Positions 9,424 to 19,672 of a DNA stretch of 64,000 bases are shown in pieces. The stretch spans positions 1 to 64,000 of the forward strand of contig CAXFSR010000009.1 of assembly GCA_964005815.1 (NCBI GenBank). The letters are read 5' to 3'. This DNA is from an uncultured Nitrospinaceae bacterium (GTDB lineage Bacteria; UBA8248). The stretch's first letter is position 1. Each line of letters starts with the position of its first letter. Below the pieces are notes generated by a model. It did no database searches and was not told where the DNA came from. It worked only from the letters and a program-made list of their open reading frames with translations. Made by a program: the position numbers and the translations under genes.

Positions 9424-10764
9424 ATGAACAGGCAAAAATGGTTTCTGTTAGGTTCGTTAATAGTTTTAGCAAGTTCTTTTTTCTTCTTCAAAAAGCTTAT
9501 TGAAAATGAACCAATTCCTATAAGAAAAAATTCTAAGATTATTGGACGACTAGTCGAAACAGTTGAAGTCAGAAAAAAGGACACAATTTTTTGGGTTTCG
9601 GGTTATGGAACAGTAAAGCCCAAGACTGAAATCAATGTGATTCCTGAAGTATCGGGAAGGGTAGTTTTTCGTTCTAACAAATTTAGAAAAGGAGATTTTG
9701 TTAAGAAGGGAGATTTGCTCTTTAAGGTTGATTCTGTTAGTTACAGTCTCTCTGTTAGGCAAAAGAAAGCAGAAATTGAGAAATTAAAATCTGACATAAA
9801 AAATTTAGTACAGTCAAAAAATAATTTCCATGCGGATCTTAATATCGCCAAGAAACATCTTAATGTAATTAAAAAAGAATTAGATAGAAAGAAAAAAATA
9901 AGGCAAAAACAGGTAATTTCTCAACAAGAATATGAAAGAGTGGTGGAATCTTATTTAAGGCAAGAGAGGGTAGTGCAATCTGTGAAAAATAGTTTGGCCT
10001 TAATTCCGTCACAATTAGAGCAGAAAAAGAAATCTATAGATATTGTTAAGGTTGAATTGGATAGATCATTAATAGATTTGAAAAAAACTAAGTTTTATGC
10101 GCCTTTTGATTCAAGAGTTAGTTTAGCACAAGTAGAAGTGGGTGATTATCTACAACAAGGGAATTCATATGGAAAAATATATGAGACTTCTTCCGTAGAA
10201 ATTGCGGTTTCTATTCCGGTAGAAGAGGCTCGTTGGGTTTTTCCTGAATTGCGTTTTAGAAAGTCAGAACAATCTATAAAAAATGGCAGAAGATTTTTTC
10301 CTTTAGCAGAAATAAAGTGGAATAAATTTGGAAAATCTTTGCAATGGAGTGGTAGAGTTTCGAGAGTAGATTCAGGTCTTGATAGTTCAACTCGAACACT
10401 TTCTTTGATTGTAGAAGTAATAAATCCATCTGAGATTTTGCCTAGTCGTCAAAGTACTCCTCTAACAGTAGGAATGTTTGTATCGATCAGAATAAAAGGT
10501 ATTTCTGTCCCAGATGTTTTTGCACTTCCACGTTTTTTAGTAAAGAGTGCAACCAAGGAAGGCAAACTAACCGACACAATTTTTCTTTATGAAAATTCAA
10601 AGTTGAAGATTAAAAAGATAGATATTTTAAGAAAAACTATGAATTATGTATTCGTAAAAAATGGTCTTAAAGATGGGGACAAATTAATTACCTCTCCATT
10701 ACCAGATGCGGTAGACGGAATGAAGTTAAGAAGAATAGTTCCTCATAATATAAGGACTCAGTGA
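9424..10764 (+). CDS. RND efflux periplasmic adaptor (membrane fusion protein)
   Basis: N-terminal anchor, PEVSGRV lipoyl-like half motif, long coiled coil, APFDSRV; upstream of RND permease. Confidence 0.85.
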   Translation: MNRQKWFLLGSLIVLASSFFFFKKLIENEPIPIRKNSKIIGRLVETVEVRKKDTIFWVSGYGTVKPKTEINVIPEVSGRVVFRSNKFRKGDFVKKGDLLFKVDSVSYSLSVRQKKAEIEKLKSDIKNLVQSKNNFHADLNIAKKHLNVIKKELDRKKKIRQKQVISQQEYERVVESYLRQERVVQSVKNSLALIPSQLEQKKKSIDIVKVELDRSLIDLKKTKFYAPFDSRVSLAQVEVGDYLQQGNSYGKIYETSSVEIAVSIPVEEARWVFPELRFRKSEQSIKNGRRFFPLAEIKWNKFGKSLQWSGRVSRVDSGLDSSTRTLSLIVEVINPSEILPSRQSTPLTVGMFVSIRIKGISVPDVFALPRFLVKSATKEGKLTDTIFLYENSKLKIKKIDILRKTMNYVFVKNGLKDGDKLITSPLPDAVDGMKLRRIVPHNIRTQ

Positions 10765-10765
10765 G

Positions 10766-13700
10766 ATGAGCAATTTTATCTCATGGTCCGCAAGAAATTC
10801 TGTTTTTGCAAATCTTTTAATGGTTATCCTAATCATTTTCGGTTTGTTTTCATTATGGAATATAAGAAGTGAACTCATTCCTCAATTTTCTCTTGATAGA
10901 ATACGTGTAGATGTTAATTGGGATGGTTCAAGTCCTGAAGAAGTAGAAAAAGGTATTTGTATGAAAGTAGAAGAATCCTTGTCAAAAGTAGAGGGTATTA
11001 AAAAGATTACTTCATTAGCATTAGAGAGTCGGTGTTCTACAGTAATCCAAGTTGAATCTTGGAAAACCCCTTCAAAAGTTATGGAAGATGTCAAAGATCA
11101 AGTAAATAGGATTAATACATTTCCCGAGAATGTTGAAAGACCTCTTATTACAGAAGTGAAACAGATGCATCAGGTAATTCATGTTTCTCTATTTGGGAAT
11201 GTGAGTGAATCAGTTCTAAAGAGAAAGTCACAAGAAATTAAAGATGAACTCTTACTTTTAAATGGTATTTCTAAGGTAGTGGTTGGCGGTCTTCGTAATT
11301 GGGAGATATCTATTGAAGTTTCAGAAGAAAATTTAAGGAGATACGACTTAACATTCACGAAACTTTCAGAAATTATCAAAAAAAACGTTCTAGAACTTAC
11401 AGGTGGAGATATACGTTCCAAGCAGAATAGAATAAGAATTCGAACAGTTGGGAAATTATATACTGGATTGGAATTTGAAAAATTAGAACTCTTGGTTAAG
11501 AAAGATGGAACTATTCTAAGACTTGGAGATGTGGCAACTGTTGTCGATAGTTTCGATGAAATGGATACATCTGGCAGATTTAATGGGAAATCCGCGTCTC
11601 TAATTAGTATTTATAGAACAGAGGATGAAGATGCATTACAGATATCAGAGATCGTGAAAAAATATGTAGAAGAAAAGAAAGCGATGCTGTCAAATGGATT
11701 AGATCTTAATTATTGGGGTGATACTTCACGCATGATTCAAGACAGACTGAGTCTCTTGCTTAGAAATGGCAGGACGGGTCTTATTCTTGTTTTCCTATCT
11801 TTATGGTTATTTTTAAATATACGACTATCTTTTTGGGTTGCTATGGGATTGCCTGTTGCGCTCATGACTGCATTAGGTTTTATCACTTTTGTTGGTGGGA
11901 CTTTGAATATGATCTCGATGTTTGCATTTATTATGGTTCTTGGAATTTTGGTTGATGACGCAATAGTGATTGCAGAGAATATTTTTTCTCATATGCAAAA
12001 AGGTGAAAATTTTATTGATGCTTCTATTAATGGGACAAAAGAAGTTGCGTTTCCTGTTTTTGCGACAGTTACGACTACTATCGTTGCTTTTGTTCCTCTC
12101 ATGATGGTTACTGGAACTATGGGAAAATTTATGGAGATTATACCAGTTGCAGTTATTGCGGCACTTATTGCTTCAGTTATAGAAGCATTTTTTATTCTTC
12201 CCAATCACCTTGCGAACTGGGTTAAATTACCTACTCCAGGGACCTTTGGAAGTAGAATCCGAAATTACCTAGAACAGACGATTTATTTTTTAATACACAA
12301 GGTTTATAGGCCTATCCTTATTTTTTCTTTAAAAGCTAGGTATTTTGTTTTATCTTCTGGTCTTGCGGTCCTACTTTTAACCGTAGGATTGGTTTTGGGT
12401 GGACATATCCGCTTCTATTTTTTCCCAAACTTTGATTCTGATTGGATTCAAGCCAAATTACTTTTTCAAAGAGGTACGCCCATAGAACAAACTTCTAAAG
12501 CAATGAAGGTGATAGAGAAAGCGATAATGGATTCTAGTAAAGATTTTGAGAAACAGACTGGGAAAAAAATAGTCAAACAGGTTTTTACAATCTTGGGAGA
12601 GCAGATTGTTCCTAACAAATATGGTGTAAAGGGTTCACATGCCGCACATCTAATAGTTGAAATGCTTCCTTCAGAAAAAAGAGGGATAAATAGTTCAGAA
12701 ATAATCAATGATTGGAGAAGGCGAACAGGTGAGATTCCTGGTGTTGTTAGTCTTGTATATGGAAGATCAGGTGCGAGACCGCCTGGGGGAAAACCCATAG
12801 AAATTGGTATTTCGGGTAAAGATCTCACTCAATTAAGAAATGTTTCAAATATTTTGAAAGAAGAATTGTTGAAATTTTCTGGAGTATTTGACATAGAAGA
12901 TGATTTCAGACCTGGAAAACTGGAAATTCAAACACTCTTAAAGCCTCAGGCTAGAGTTTTGGGATTGAATTTAGATGATTTAGCAAAACAATTACGATCG
13001 CGTTTTTTTGGACTTCAGGTTATTAGGATTCAAAGAGGAAATGATGAGGTTAAAGTAAAACTTAGATATCCTAGAAAAGAACGAAACGCTATTGCGGATA
13101 TTGAAAATATTAGAATTAAAACTAAAACAGGTTCGGAAATTCCTTTTTATGAAGTGGCAGATATTAAGATTGTAAGGGGATTAGATGAAATCAAGAGAGT
13201 TGACAAAAAGCGTTTTATTACAGTGAGCGGTGAAGTAAATGACGAAGTTGCAAATCCTTCTGAAATAATTTCAAATCTAAAGAGAGGTATTTTGCCAAAA
13301 TTAAGATCTCGTTTTCCCGATGTACGTTTCCAGTTTGAAGGACAAGCAAGAGAATCTAGAGAGTCGATTGGTAGTTTAGGAAGAGGATTTGTTTTTGCTT
13401 CTCTTGTCATCTATGCGATTCTTTCACTATTATTTAGAAGTTACTTCCAACCTATTGTTGTAATGAGTGCTATCCCTTTTGGGTTTGTTGGTGCTGTTGC
13501 TGGCCACGTGATTATGGGTTACGACATTTCAATTCTAAGTCTTATGGGAGTAGTTGCTTTGTCTGGTGTTGTTGTAAATGACTCTCTAGTTTTTTTGGAT
13601 TTTGTAAATAGATTTTTGAAAGAAGGTTTACCATTCGAGAAGGCTCTTCTTCACGCTGGGATTTCCAGATGGAGGGCTATAGTTTTGACAACTATGACTA

Positions 13701-13924
13701 CAGCATCGGGACTTGGTCCAATGTTACTCGAAAAAAGTTTTCAAGCACAGTTTCTAATTCCGATGGCAATCAGTCTTTGTTTTGGACTTTTATTTGCTAC
13801 ATTTATCACTTTAATATTAGTGCCAGTCATTTCACTAATCGGCAATGACATCTCAATCTTTTTAAAGTGGATTTATACGGGTAAATGGTTGTCACGCGAA
13901 AAGGTTGATTCGCATACAAACTAA
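10766..13924 (+). CDS. RND efflux permease, AcrB/AcrD/AcrF family
   Basis: 1052 aa, two large periplasmic loops, GILVDDAIVIAEN, SGVVVNDSLV, RWRAIVLTT. Confidence 0.92.
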   Translation: MSNFISWSARNSVFANLLMVILIIFGLFSLWNIRSELIPQFSLDRIRVDVNWDGSSPEEVEKGICMKVEESLSKVEGIKKITSLALESRCSTVIQVESWKTPSKVMEDVKDQVNRINTFPENVERPLITEVKQMHQVIHVSLFGNVSESVLKRKSQEIKDELLLLNGISKVVVGGLRNWEISIEVSEENLRRYDLTFTKLSEIIKKNVLELTGGDIRSKQNRIRIRTVGKLYTGLEFEKLELLVKKDGTILRLGDVATVVDSFDEMDTSGRFNGKSASLISIYRTEDEDALQISEIVKKYVEEKKAMLSNGLDLNYWGDTSRMIQDRLSLLLRNGRTGLILVFLSLWLFLNIRLSFWVAMGLPVALMTALGFITFVGGTLNMISMFAFIMVLGILVDDAIVIAENIFSHMQKGENFIDASINGTKEVAFPVFATVTTTIVAFVPLMMVTGTMGKFMEIIPVAVIAALIASVIEAFFILPNHLANWVKLPTPGTFGSRIRNYLEQTIYFLIHKVYRPILIFSLKARYFVLSSGLAVLLLTVGLVLGGHIRFYFFPNFDSDWIQAKLLFQRGTPIEQTSKAMKVIEKAIMDSSKDFEKQTGKKIVKQVFTILGEQIVPNKYGVKGSHAAHLIVEMLPSEKRGINSSEIINDWRRRTGEIPGVVSLVYGRSGARPPGGKPIEIGISGKDLTQLRNVSNILKEELLKFSGVFDIEDDFRPGKLEIQTLLKPQARVLGLNLDDLAKQLRSRFFGLQVIRIQRGNDEVKVKLRYPRKERNAIADIENIRIKTKTGSEIPFYEVADIKIVRGLDEIKRVDKKRFITVSGEVNDEVANPSEIISNLKRGILPKLRSRFPDVRFQFEGQARESRESIGSLGRGFVFASLVIYAILSLLFRSYFQPIVVMSAIPFGFVGAVAGHVIMGYDISILSLMGVVALSGVVVNDSLVFLDFVNRFLKEGLPFEKALLHAGISRWRAIVLTTMTTASGLGPMLLEKSFQAQFLIPMAISLCFGLLFATFITLILVPVISLIGNDISIFLKWIYTGKWLSREKVDSHTN

Positions 13925-13969
13925 TTCAAGTTTAAAAACAATTCGTATTATGAGTATTTTCTTAAGTTA

Positions 13970-15112
13970 ATGTACAATTGTCTGATTCTAAATTTTTTAG
14001 GAGATTGTATTTTGTCTGATCTTAATCAGGTTCATTACAGTGAAAAAGTTAAAGAAAGTATGGAAGCAGTCATATTAAGTGCTCCAGGAGAACTGCTAGT
14101 TAAAGAGGTTGCTACTCCTGTGCCTGGTCCATCTGAAGTGCTAGTACATGTTAAATGCACAACAATTTGTGGGACTGATATAGAGATTATCAAAGGCAGT
14201 CATCTTCCTCGTTGGCCAAGAAAATTTCCTGCTATTCTTGGACATGAATGGTCGGGAGAAATCGTTGCACTTGGACCTATGACGGAAGCTTCTAATTTCA
14301 AAATTGGAGATCATGTTGCTGGGACAAGTCATGCGGGTTGTGGTGCTTGTCGGTCTTGTCTGACAGGTCGTTATAATTTATGCCTAAATTATGGAAATGA
14401 TTCCACTGGTCATAGACAATATGGGCATGTTTCTCAGGGTACTTATGCAGAATATGTAGTTAATAATATTCGTTCTTTACATAAGATGCCTGAAGAGTTG
14501 CCCTTTGAATTTGGCTCTGCTGTTGATCCTGTTGGGTGTGGGCTTTGGACAGTGAAAAGAGCTTCCGTTAACCCTGGAGATACTGTAGTTGTTTTAGGCT
14601 CTGGTCCGATTGGAGTATTTGCTTACGAATGTGCAAAAGCACTCGGTGCTGGAAGAGTTATCGTGGTTGGTGGCGGAAAGAGATTGGATATTTTGCGCGA
14701 ACAGGGTGCAGAAGTTGTAAATTATAGAGAGGGTAAAGTGCCAGAGAAGATCAATGATTTGACTAGAGGAGAAAAAGCACAAGTAGTTTTAGAAACTGCT
14801 GGTACTACAGAAAGTTTCAAATGGACGGTTGATTGTGCAGGAAAAGGAGCTCGAATTGCTATAACCGGAATTCCTGATAACATCCCAGATTTGGCTTGGA
14901 AGAGAGTTGTACTAGAAGAGATGGATATTGCAGGAGTTCGAGCTAATCCAAATTGTGGAGATGAAGTAATTTCTCTTATAGAGAATAATAGGATACAAGT
15001 AAGACCCTATATAACTCATAGTTTCCCATTGAGAGAATATCAAAGAGCGCATGATGTATTCGTTGCTAGAGAAGATGGTGCGCTGTTAGTGAATTTGTAT
15101 CCAGGAACTTGA
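13970..15112 (+). CDS. Zinc-dependent alcohol/polyol dehydrogenase (MDR family)
   Basis: ICGTD, GHE, structural Zn CGACRSC...C, GSGPIG; true start probably slightly downstream. Confidence 0.88.
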   Translation: MYNCLILNFLGDCILSDLNQVHYSEKVKESMEAVILSAPGELLVKEVATPVPGPSEVLVHVKCTTICGTDIEIIKGSHLPRWPRKFPAILGHEWSGEIVALGPMTEASNFKIGDHVAGTSHAGCGACRSCLTGRYNLCLNYGNDSTGHRQYGHVSQGTYAEYVVNNIRSLHKMPEELPFEFGSAVDPVGCGLWTVKRASVNPGDTVVVLGSGPIGVFAYECAKALGAGRVIVVGGGKRLDILREQGAEVVNYREGKVPEKINDLTRGEKAQVVLETAGTTESFKWTVDCAGKGARIAITGIPDNIPDLAWKRVVLEEMDIAGVRANPNCGDEVISLIENNRIQVRPYITHSFPLREYQRAHDVFVAREDGALLVNLYPGT

Positions 15113-15121
15113 AAGGGAAGT

Positions 15122-15520
15122 ATGATGGATAAAAAAATGAAATATGGGGCAAAGATGATAGAAGAAGCAAAACTCGTAGCAGTTAATAACCCCACAGAAA
15201 ATAGGGACTATGTGATTTCTTTTTCAGTTCCAGAATTTACTTGTTTGTGTCCTATTAGTAATTTTCCGGATTTTGCTACAATCTATATCGAATATGTTCC
15301 TAATAAAAAAATTGTTGAATTAAAATCTCTGAAATTATATATCAATCGCTTTCGGAATAAAGAACATTTTCATGAAGAAGTAGTAAATCTAATTCTTGAT
15401 GATTTTTTGATTTGTTGTAACCCTAAATGGGTAAAAATTGAGGGAGATTTTAATGTTAGAGGTAACATTAAAACTAAAGTTCATGTTATACATGGTGTGA
15501 AGCCTTCTAATTGTGATTAG
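15122..15520 (+). CDS. queF: NADPH-dependent preQ0 reductase QueF (unimodular type I)
   Basis: [23 protein letters not shown] QueF motif, FHEE, FNVRGNI. Confidence 0.93.
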   Translation: MMDKKMKYGAKMIEEAKLVAVNNPTENRDYVISFSVPEFTCLCPISNFPDFATIYIEYVPNKKIVELKSLKLYINRFRNKEHFHEEVVNLILDDFLICCNPKWVKIEGDFNVRGNIKTKVHVIHGVKPSNCD

Positions 15521-15553
15521 TATTTTTAAATAATTCTTTTTAACATAATTATT

Positions 15554-17842
15554 TTGGGGATTCTTATGTCCGACTATAAAGTTGCAGGAAAGGGATTTTC
15601 TCGCATTGATGCTTCTGACAAGGTTCTTGGCACAGCTAGATTTGGTGCAGATAAGATAAGTTCTAGAACCTTAATTGGAATGATAGTAGGTAGCAAACAT
15701 GCATTTGCAAAAGTCTTGAGTGTAGATGCTAGTAAAGCTATTCAAATTCCTGGAGTTCGTGCAGTTTTAACGCGGGACAATAGTCCGAATAACAGATTTG
15801 GAGGTTCTATTAAAGATAGGACATGGTTTGCAAAGGATGGATATGTAAGATTTGAAGGAGATCCTGTTGCTGCAATTGCTGCCGAGAGTCGTGAAGCTGC
15901 AATAGCTGCATCGGAAGCTTTAGAGATAAAGTATAAGGTTTTAGAGCCTGTTGTTAGTGCCTTAGATGCAAGGAATGGAAAGGGTCCAATTATTCATAAG
16001 GAATGGAAAAATCTGAATCTCGGACCTGAGAGTGACGGAAGAGTAATTGCACGATTTGAAAAAGGAATAGGAAATTTAGAAGAGGGATTCGAGAATTCAG
16101 ATTTTATTTTCGAACATACTTTTCAGACTGGATATGTACATGCAGCCTATATAGAGCCTCATGCTTGTTTGGTTGAACCTAGTGGTGATGGCAAAGTTAC
16201 GATTTGGACGTCAACACAATCCCCTTATGATATTAGGAATGGTGTCTGTGATGCGTTAGGACTACCTCATACTAAAGTAAGAGTTATTCCAACAGAAATT
16301 GGTGGTGGTTTTGGTGCAAAAATTAGGTCTACAGTTGAACACATAGTTTCTCTTTTAGCTTTGAAGACCAATAGGCCTATCCATTATGAGATGAGTCGTG
16401 AAGATGATCACCGGGCAGTTAATCCTCGACATCCTCATGTTATAAGTATAAAAACAGGGGTTTCAAAAGATGGAAAAATCATTGCACGTGATATAGATGT
16501 CACAATGGGACATGGAGCCTATGCAGATGGTGCTCCAATGCAGTGTAGCAGTAAAATGGCTCTTGCTACAGCTACGTATAATATCCCTAATTTCCATATT
16601 AAAGCATGTACAACTTATACCAATGGTCCTGTTTCAGGTCCTGTTCGAGCACCAAGTGGACCTCAATACCATTATGCTATGGAAGTTCATACGGATATTG
16701 TTGCCCGAGAGATCGGAATAGATCCTGTAGAATTTCGAAGAAAGAATGCATTGCAACCTGGAGATAAAATTGTTCCTTCAGGCGGTCCATACTCTGATGG
16801 AGAATATAAAGAAGGGTCTATAAGAGCGGTTTTAGAAAAAGTGGTTGAGGAAGGAGATTGGGGGTCTCCAATAGAGATAGATTCTTCGCTTCTTTCGGAA
16901 GGCTGGTCGCCTGGAAGAGGAATAGCTTTTGGGTATTGGCCAGGTCCAGGTGGCGCAGCAAGTTGCACTATTCGTCTTAATGATGATGGAAGTTTTCATG
17001 TTGTTGGTGGGTCAGTAAATCTTACAGGTTCGAGTACTTCTCTTTGTCAATTAGCTGCAGAGGAACTTGGTGTTGGACTAGACAAAGTACGATTTGATAC
17101 AGGAGATACAGACACAGCACCAGAATCTATTAGAGCTGCTGGTAGTATGGTTACAAGGTCACTTGGTGCTGCAGTTTTGAAAGCTGCAAAAGATGCTCGG
17201 TCTAAAATTCTGAAAGTGGCGTCTTCTAAACTAGAAGCTAATCCTGATGATCTAAAAATAGAGAATGGTATTGTTTTCGTCGAATCTTCCCCAAAGAGGT
17301 CTGTTAGTTTATCTGTAGTTGCTAAATCTGCACCTCAAATTCTTGGATATATAATAGGGGAAGGAGAAAGTGAAGCTCCTCCTCCTTGTCCTATTTATAC
17401 TGCACAGATTGCCGAAGTTGCTGTGAACCCAGAAATTGGAGAAGTAAAAGTTCTACGTTTGCTTTGTGTGCAAGATGTTGGATTTGCAATTAATCCTCTT
17501 TCGGTAGTAGGACAAATTGAAGGTGCAATGATTCAGGGTATGGGAATTGCATTATTAGAAGAATTATCTCAAAATCTCGAGGGCAAACTTTCTGGAGAAA
17601 GTTTGCACGATTATTTATTGCCCACAAGTCTTGATTTACCAAAGCTTGAAGTTTTCTTATTAGAAAATCCTGCAGAAGGAACTCCATATGGAGCTCGTGG
17701 AGTTGGCGAACCACCGATTTGTGCTACAGCTGCAGCAATTGGAAATGCTATACAAGATGCTGTAGGAACTACAGTGTTTTCAATACCTGTTTCACCTCAT
17801 AATTTAAAAGAAGCAATAGATACACTCGAAAAAGTCTCTTGA
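15554..17842 (+). CDS. Xanthine dehydrogenase-family molybdopterin-binding (large) subunit
   Basis: HAAYIEPH, IGGGFGAK, VRAPSGPQ, GQIEGAMIQG, GARGVGEPP; likely start ATG 15566. Confidence 0.88.
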   Translation: MGILMSDYKVAGKGFSRIDASDKVLGTARFGADKISSRTLIGMIVGSKHAFAKVLSVDASKAIQIPGVRAVLTRDNSPNNRFGGSIKDRTWFAKDGYVRFEGDPVAAIAAESREAAIAASEALEIKYKVLEPVVSALDARNGKGPIIHKEWKNLNLGPESDGRVIARFEKGIGNLEEGFENSDFIFEHTFQTGYVHAAYIEPHACLVEPSGDGKVTIWTSTQSPYDIRNGVCDALGLPHTKVRVIPTEIGGGFGAKIRSTVEHIVSLLALKTNRPIHYEMSREDDHRAVNPRHPHVISIKTGVSKDGKIIARDIDVTMGHGAYADGAPMQCSSKMALATATYNIPNFHIKACTTYTNGPVSGPVRAPSGPQYHYAMEVHTDIVAREIGIDPVEFRRKNALQPGDKIVPSGGPYSDGEYKEGSIRAVLEKVVEEGDWGSPIEIDSSLLSEGWSPGRGIAFGYWPGPGGAASCTIRLNDDGSFHVVGGSVNLTGSSTSLCQLAAEELGVGLDKVRFDTGDTDTAPESIRAAGSMVTRSLGAAVLKAAKDARSKILKVASSKLEANPDDLKIENGIVFVESSPKRSVSLSVVAKSAPQILGYIIGEGESEAPPPCPIYTAQIAEVAVNPEIGEVKVLRLLCVQDVGFAINPLSVVGQIEGAMIQGMGIALLEELSQNLEGKLSGESLHDYLLPTSLDLPKLEVFLLENPAEGTPYGARGVGEPPICATAAAIGNAIQDAVGTTVFSIPVSPHNLKEAIDTLEKVS

Positions 17843-17866
17843 TTCAATAATAGGAGGGTTCTTGAA

Positions 17867-18541
17867 ATGCCAATAAATAGTTCCAGTAACCTACCTGAAG
17901 ATCTTGGTATTACAGATGAAATGATGGCTTGTCCGCTTCCACGTATTCCTTTTGTATCTCCAGACAATATCCCGAATGATTTAGAAAAGGAATTAAATCC
18001 TCTTTATGAGTGGTCTTTAAAAATGTGGGGTACTGTACCTAGATTTTTGCAACTTCTGGCAAATGCTCCACCTACAATGGAAGCGTGGATGTTATTGGAC
18101 CAAAAACTTAGAACGAATCGTCTAAAAACAGATCCAGATTACATTCGACATATGGAATTATGTATTGTCAAAACTGCGTTATTAACTGAATGTAATAATT
18201 GAGTAGGTCATAATGTTGAGCTCGGTCGAGCTCTCGGTCTTACTGAGGAACAAATTGACTTACTTGAAGGAGAAAAATGGAAAGAAACGACTCTCTTTAA
18301 TGATAAAGAGAAAGCAGTTATAAGATGGGCAGATAGCGTAACAAAATTAACTGCAAAGGGAGATGATTTCGCTTTTTCAGAAATGAATAAATATTTTTCT
18401 AATCGCGAGATTGTAGAACTCACGTTTATTTGTGGAATGTGGAATTTGTCAGGTCGTTTAGCGGAAGCACTTCATTTAGTGGTTGAGCCTCCCGGTTCAC
18501 GTATAGAATTCCAAGAATCTGATCTTGGTAAAAAGTCTTAG
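17867..18541 (+). CDS. Putative selenoprotein: AhpD/carboxymuconolactone decarboxylase-like protein with CxxU motif (Sec at 18200-18202)
   Basis: ORF track stops at TGA 18200-18202, but the frame stays open to TAG 18539-18541: ...ECNN-U-VGHNVELGRALGLTEEQI...FNDKEKAVIRWADSVT...FSNREIVELTFICGMWNLSGRL, a continuous AhpD-like fold. SECIS-like hairpin follows; strong AGGAGG RBS. Confidence 0.82.
18218..18233 (+). promoter_or_regulatory. Putative bacterial SECIS hairpin
   Basis: GAGCTC-GGTC-GAGCTC: 6-bp perfect stem, GGUC apical loop 21 nt after the UGA. Confidence 0.7.
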
Positions 18542-18546
18542 ATTTA

Positions 18547-19611
18547 ATGGTGCCTATGAAACTTGGAATTTGGGCTCCTGTTTGGGGTTCCTTTTTGGGT
18601 CAAAAGGAAGAACCTTCTTCAGTTACGGAAGCAACTTTTGATTTCAATGCTAAGTATATTCAATATGCAGAATCTCTTGGTTTTGAAAGTGTTTTGCTAT
18701 TAGATCGAAGTTTGAATAGTACAAAGGGAATACAAGCTCCTATTTTAGAGGCATGGGTTACTGCTTCTGCTCTAGCTCCCATCACAAATTCTATAGAATT
18801 GATCGTAGCAAGTAGGAGTGCATATAGACATCCAGGATTAGTAGCTCAAATGGGTGCGAACCTTGATAATATAAGTGAGGGTAGATTTGCTATTAATATA
18901 GTTTCAGGATGGTGGGGTTTGGAACACGATATGAATGGAATTCCTTTTCCTGAACACGATAAAAGATATGATATTTCTGCAGAAGTAATTGAAATCTTGA
19001 AAAAATTTTGGAAAGGAGAAGTATTTGATTTTAATGGAGAATTCTTTCAGATTAATCAGGGAATAACTTCACCTCTTCCAGTTAGAGAACCTTGGCCTAC
19101 AATATATTTTGGTGGTGAATCGGATGCAGCAATTCATTTGGCTGCAAGAGCAGCCGATGTCTTTTTGTTTAATGGTCGTCCACTGTCTTTAGCGAAAAAA
19201 TTAATTTCTCGAGTGAAAATAGAAAATGCAAACTACAAAAAAGATTTAAAATTTGGAATGAGTGCATTTGTGATTTGTAGAGAAACAGATTCTGAGGCTG
19301 AGGAAGAATTAGAAAGGTTGATAGAATCATTGGGGGTTTCTGAAGAATTACAAAGTGTTGATAAAGATGCTATTCATAAAAAGACAAGTTCACGTTCTAA
19401 AGGAATTGGTTCTAATGGTGGAATTGCTGCGGGTCTTGTAGGTAGTGCAGACACAATTGTCGAAAGAATGATTGAGTTTAACAAGGAAGGAGTAGAACTT
19501 TTCTTGTTACAGTTTCACCCGATGTTTGATGAAATTGAAAGATTTTCTAAAGAGATTATGCCGATTTTGCCTATTGGTAAGGGCCAGAAAACTAACCCCC
19601 AAGGAAAGTAA
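18547..19611 (+). CDS. Luciferase-like (LLM) FMNH2-dependent monooxygenase, SsuD/SfnG-like
   Basis: AESLGFESVLL, LEAWVTASALA, LDNISEGRFAINIVSGW, IYFGGES, GLVGS. Confidence 0.85.
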   Translation: MVPMKLGIWAPVWGSFLGQKEEPSSVTEATFDFNAKYIQYAESLGFESVLLLDRSLNSTKGIQAPILEAWVTASALAPITNSIELIVASRSAYRHPGLVAQMGANLDNISEGRFAINIVSGWWGLEHDMNGIPFPEHDKRYDISAEVIEILKKFWKGEVFDFNGEFFQINQGITSPLPVREPWPTIYFGGESDAAIHLAARAADVFLFNGRPLSLAKKLISRVKIENANYKKDLKFGMSAFVICRETDSEAEEELERLIESLGVSEELQSVDKDAIHKKTSSRSKGIGSNGGIAAGLVGSADTIVERMIEFNKEGVELFLLQFHPMFDEIERFSKEIMPILPIGKGQKTNPQGK

Positions 19612-19624
19612 ATCTGGCCCTTTT

Positions 19625-19667
19625 CCTGTCGCAGAGTCCGCCCGTTTTCCCAACGACAGGTTTTTTT
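19625..19667 (+). terminator. Possible intrinsic terminator between convergent LLM gene and nrdJ
   Basis: CCTGTCG (19625-31) / CGACAGG (19654-60) inverted repeat followed by T7; the 22-nt loop is unusually long. Confidence 0.45.
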
Positions 19668-19672
19668 ATTTT

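Noticed and set aside
15554..17842. Aerobic CO dehydrogenase CoxL
   Set aside because: Lacks AYRCSFR/AYRGAGR; no coxM/coxS adjacent
17840..17869. Mo-subunit TGA is in frame with the AhpD-like ATG with no intervening stop (likewise ADH TGA 15110 with queF)
   Set aside because: Same-frame adjacency is common by chance; the downstream genes have their own purine-rich RBS, the upstream proteins are complete, and I saw no SECIS-like hairpin or redox motif
18208..18423. 71-aa minus-strand ORF in the apparent gap after 18202
   Set aside because: Antisense shadow of the readthrough half of the AhpD-like selenoprotein
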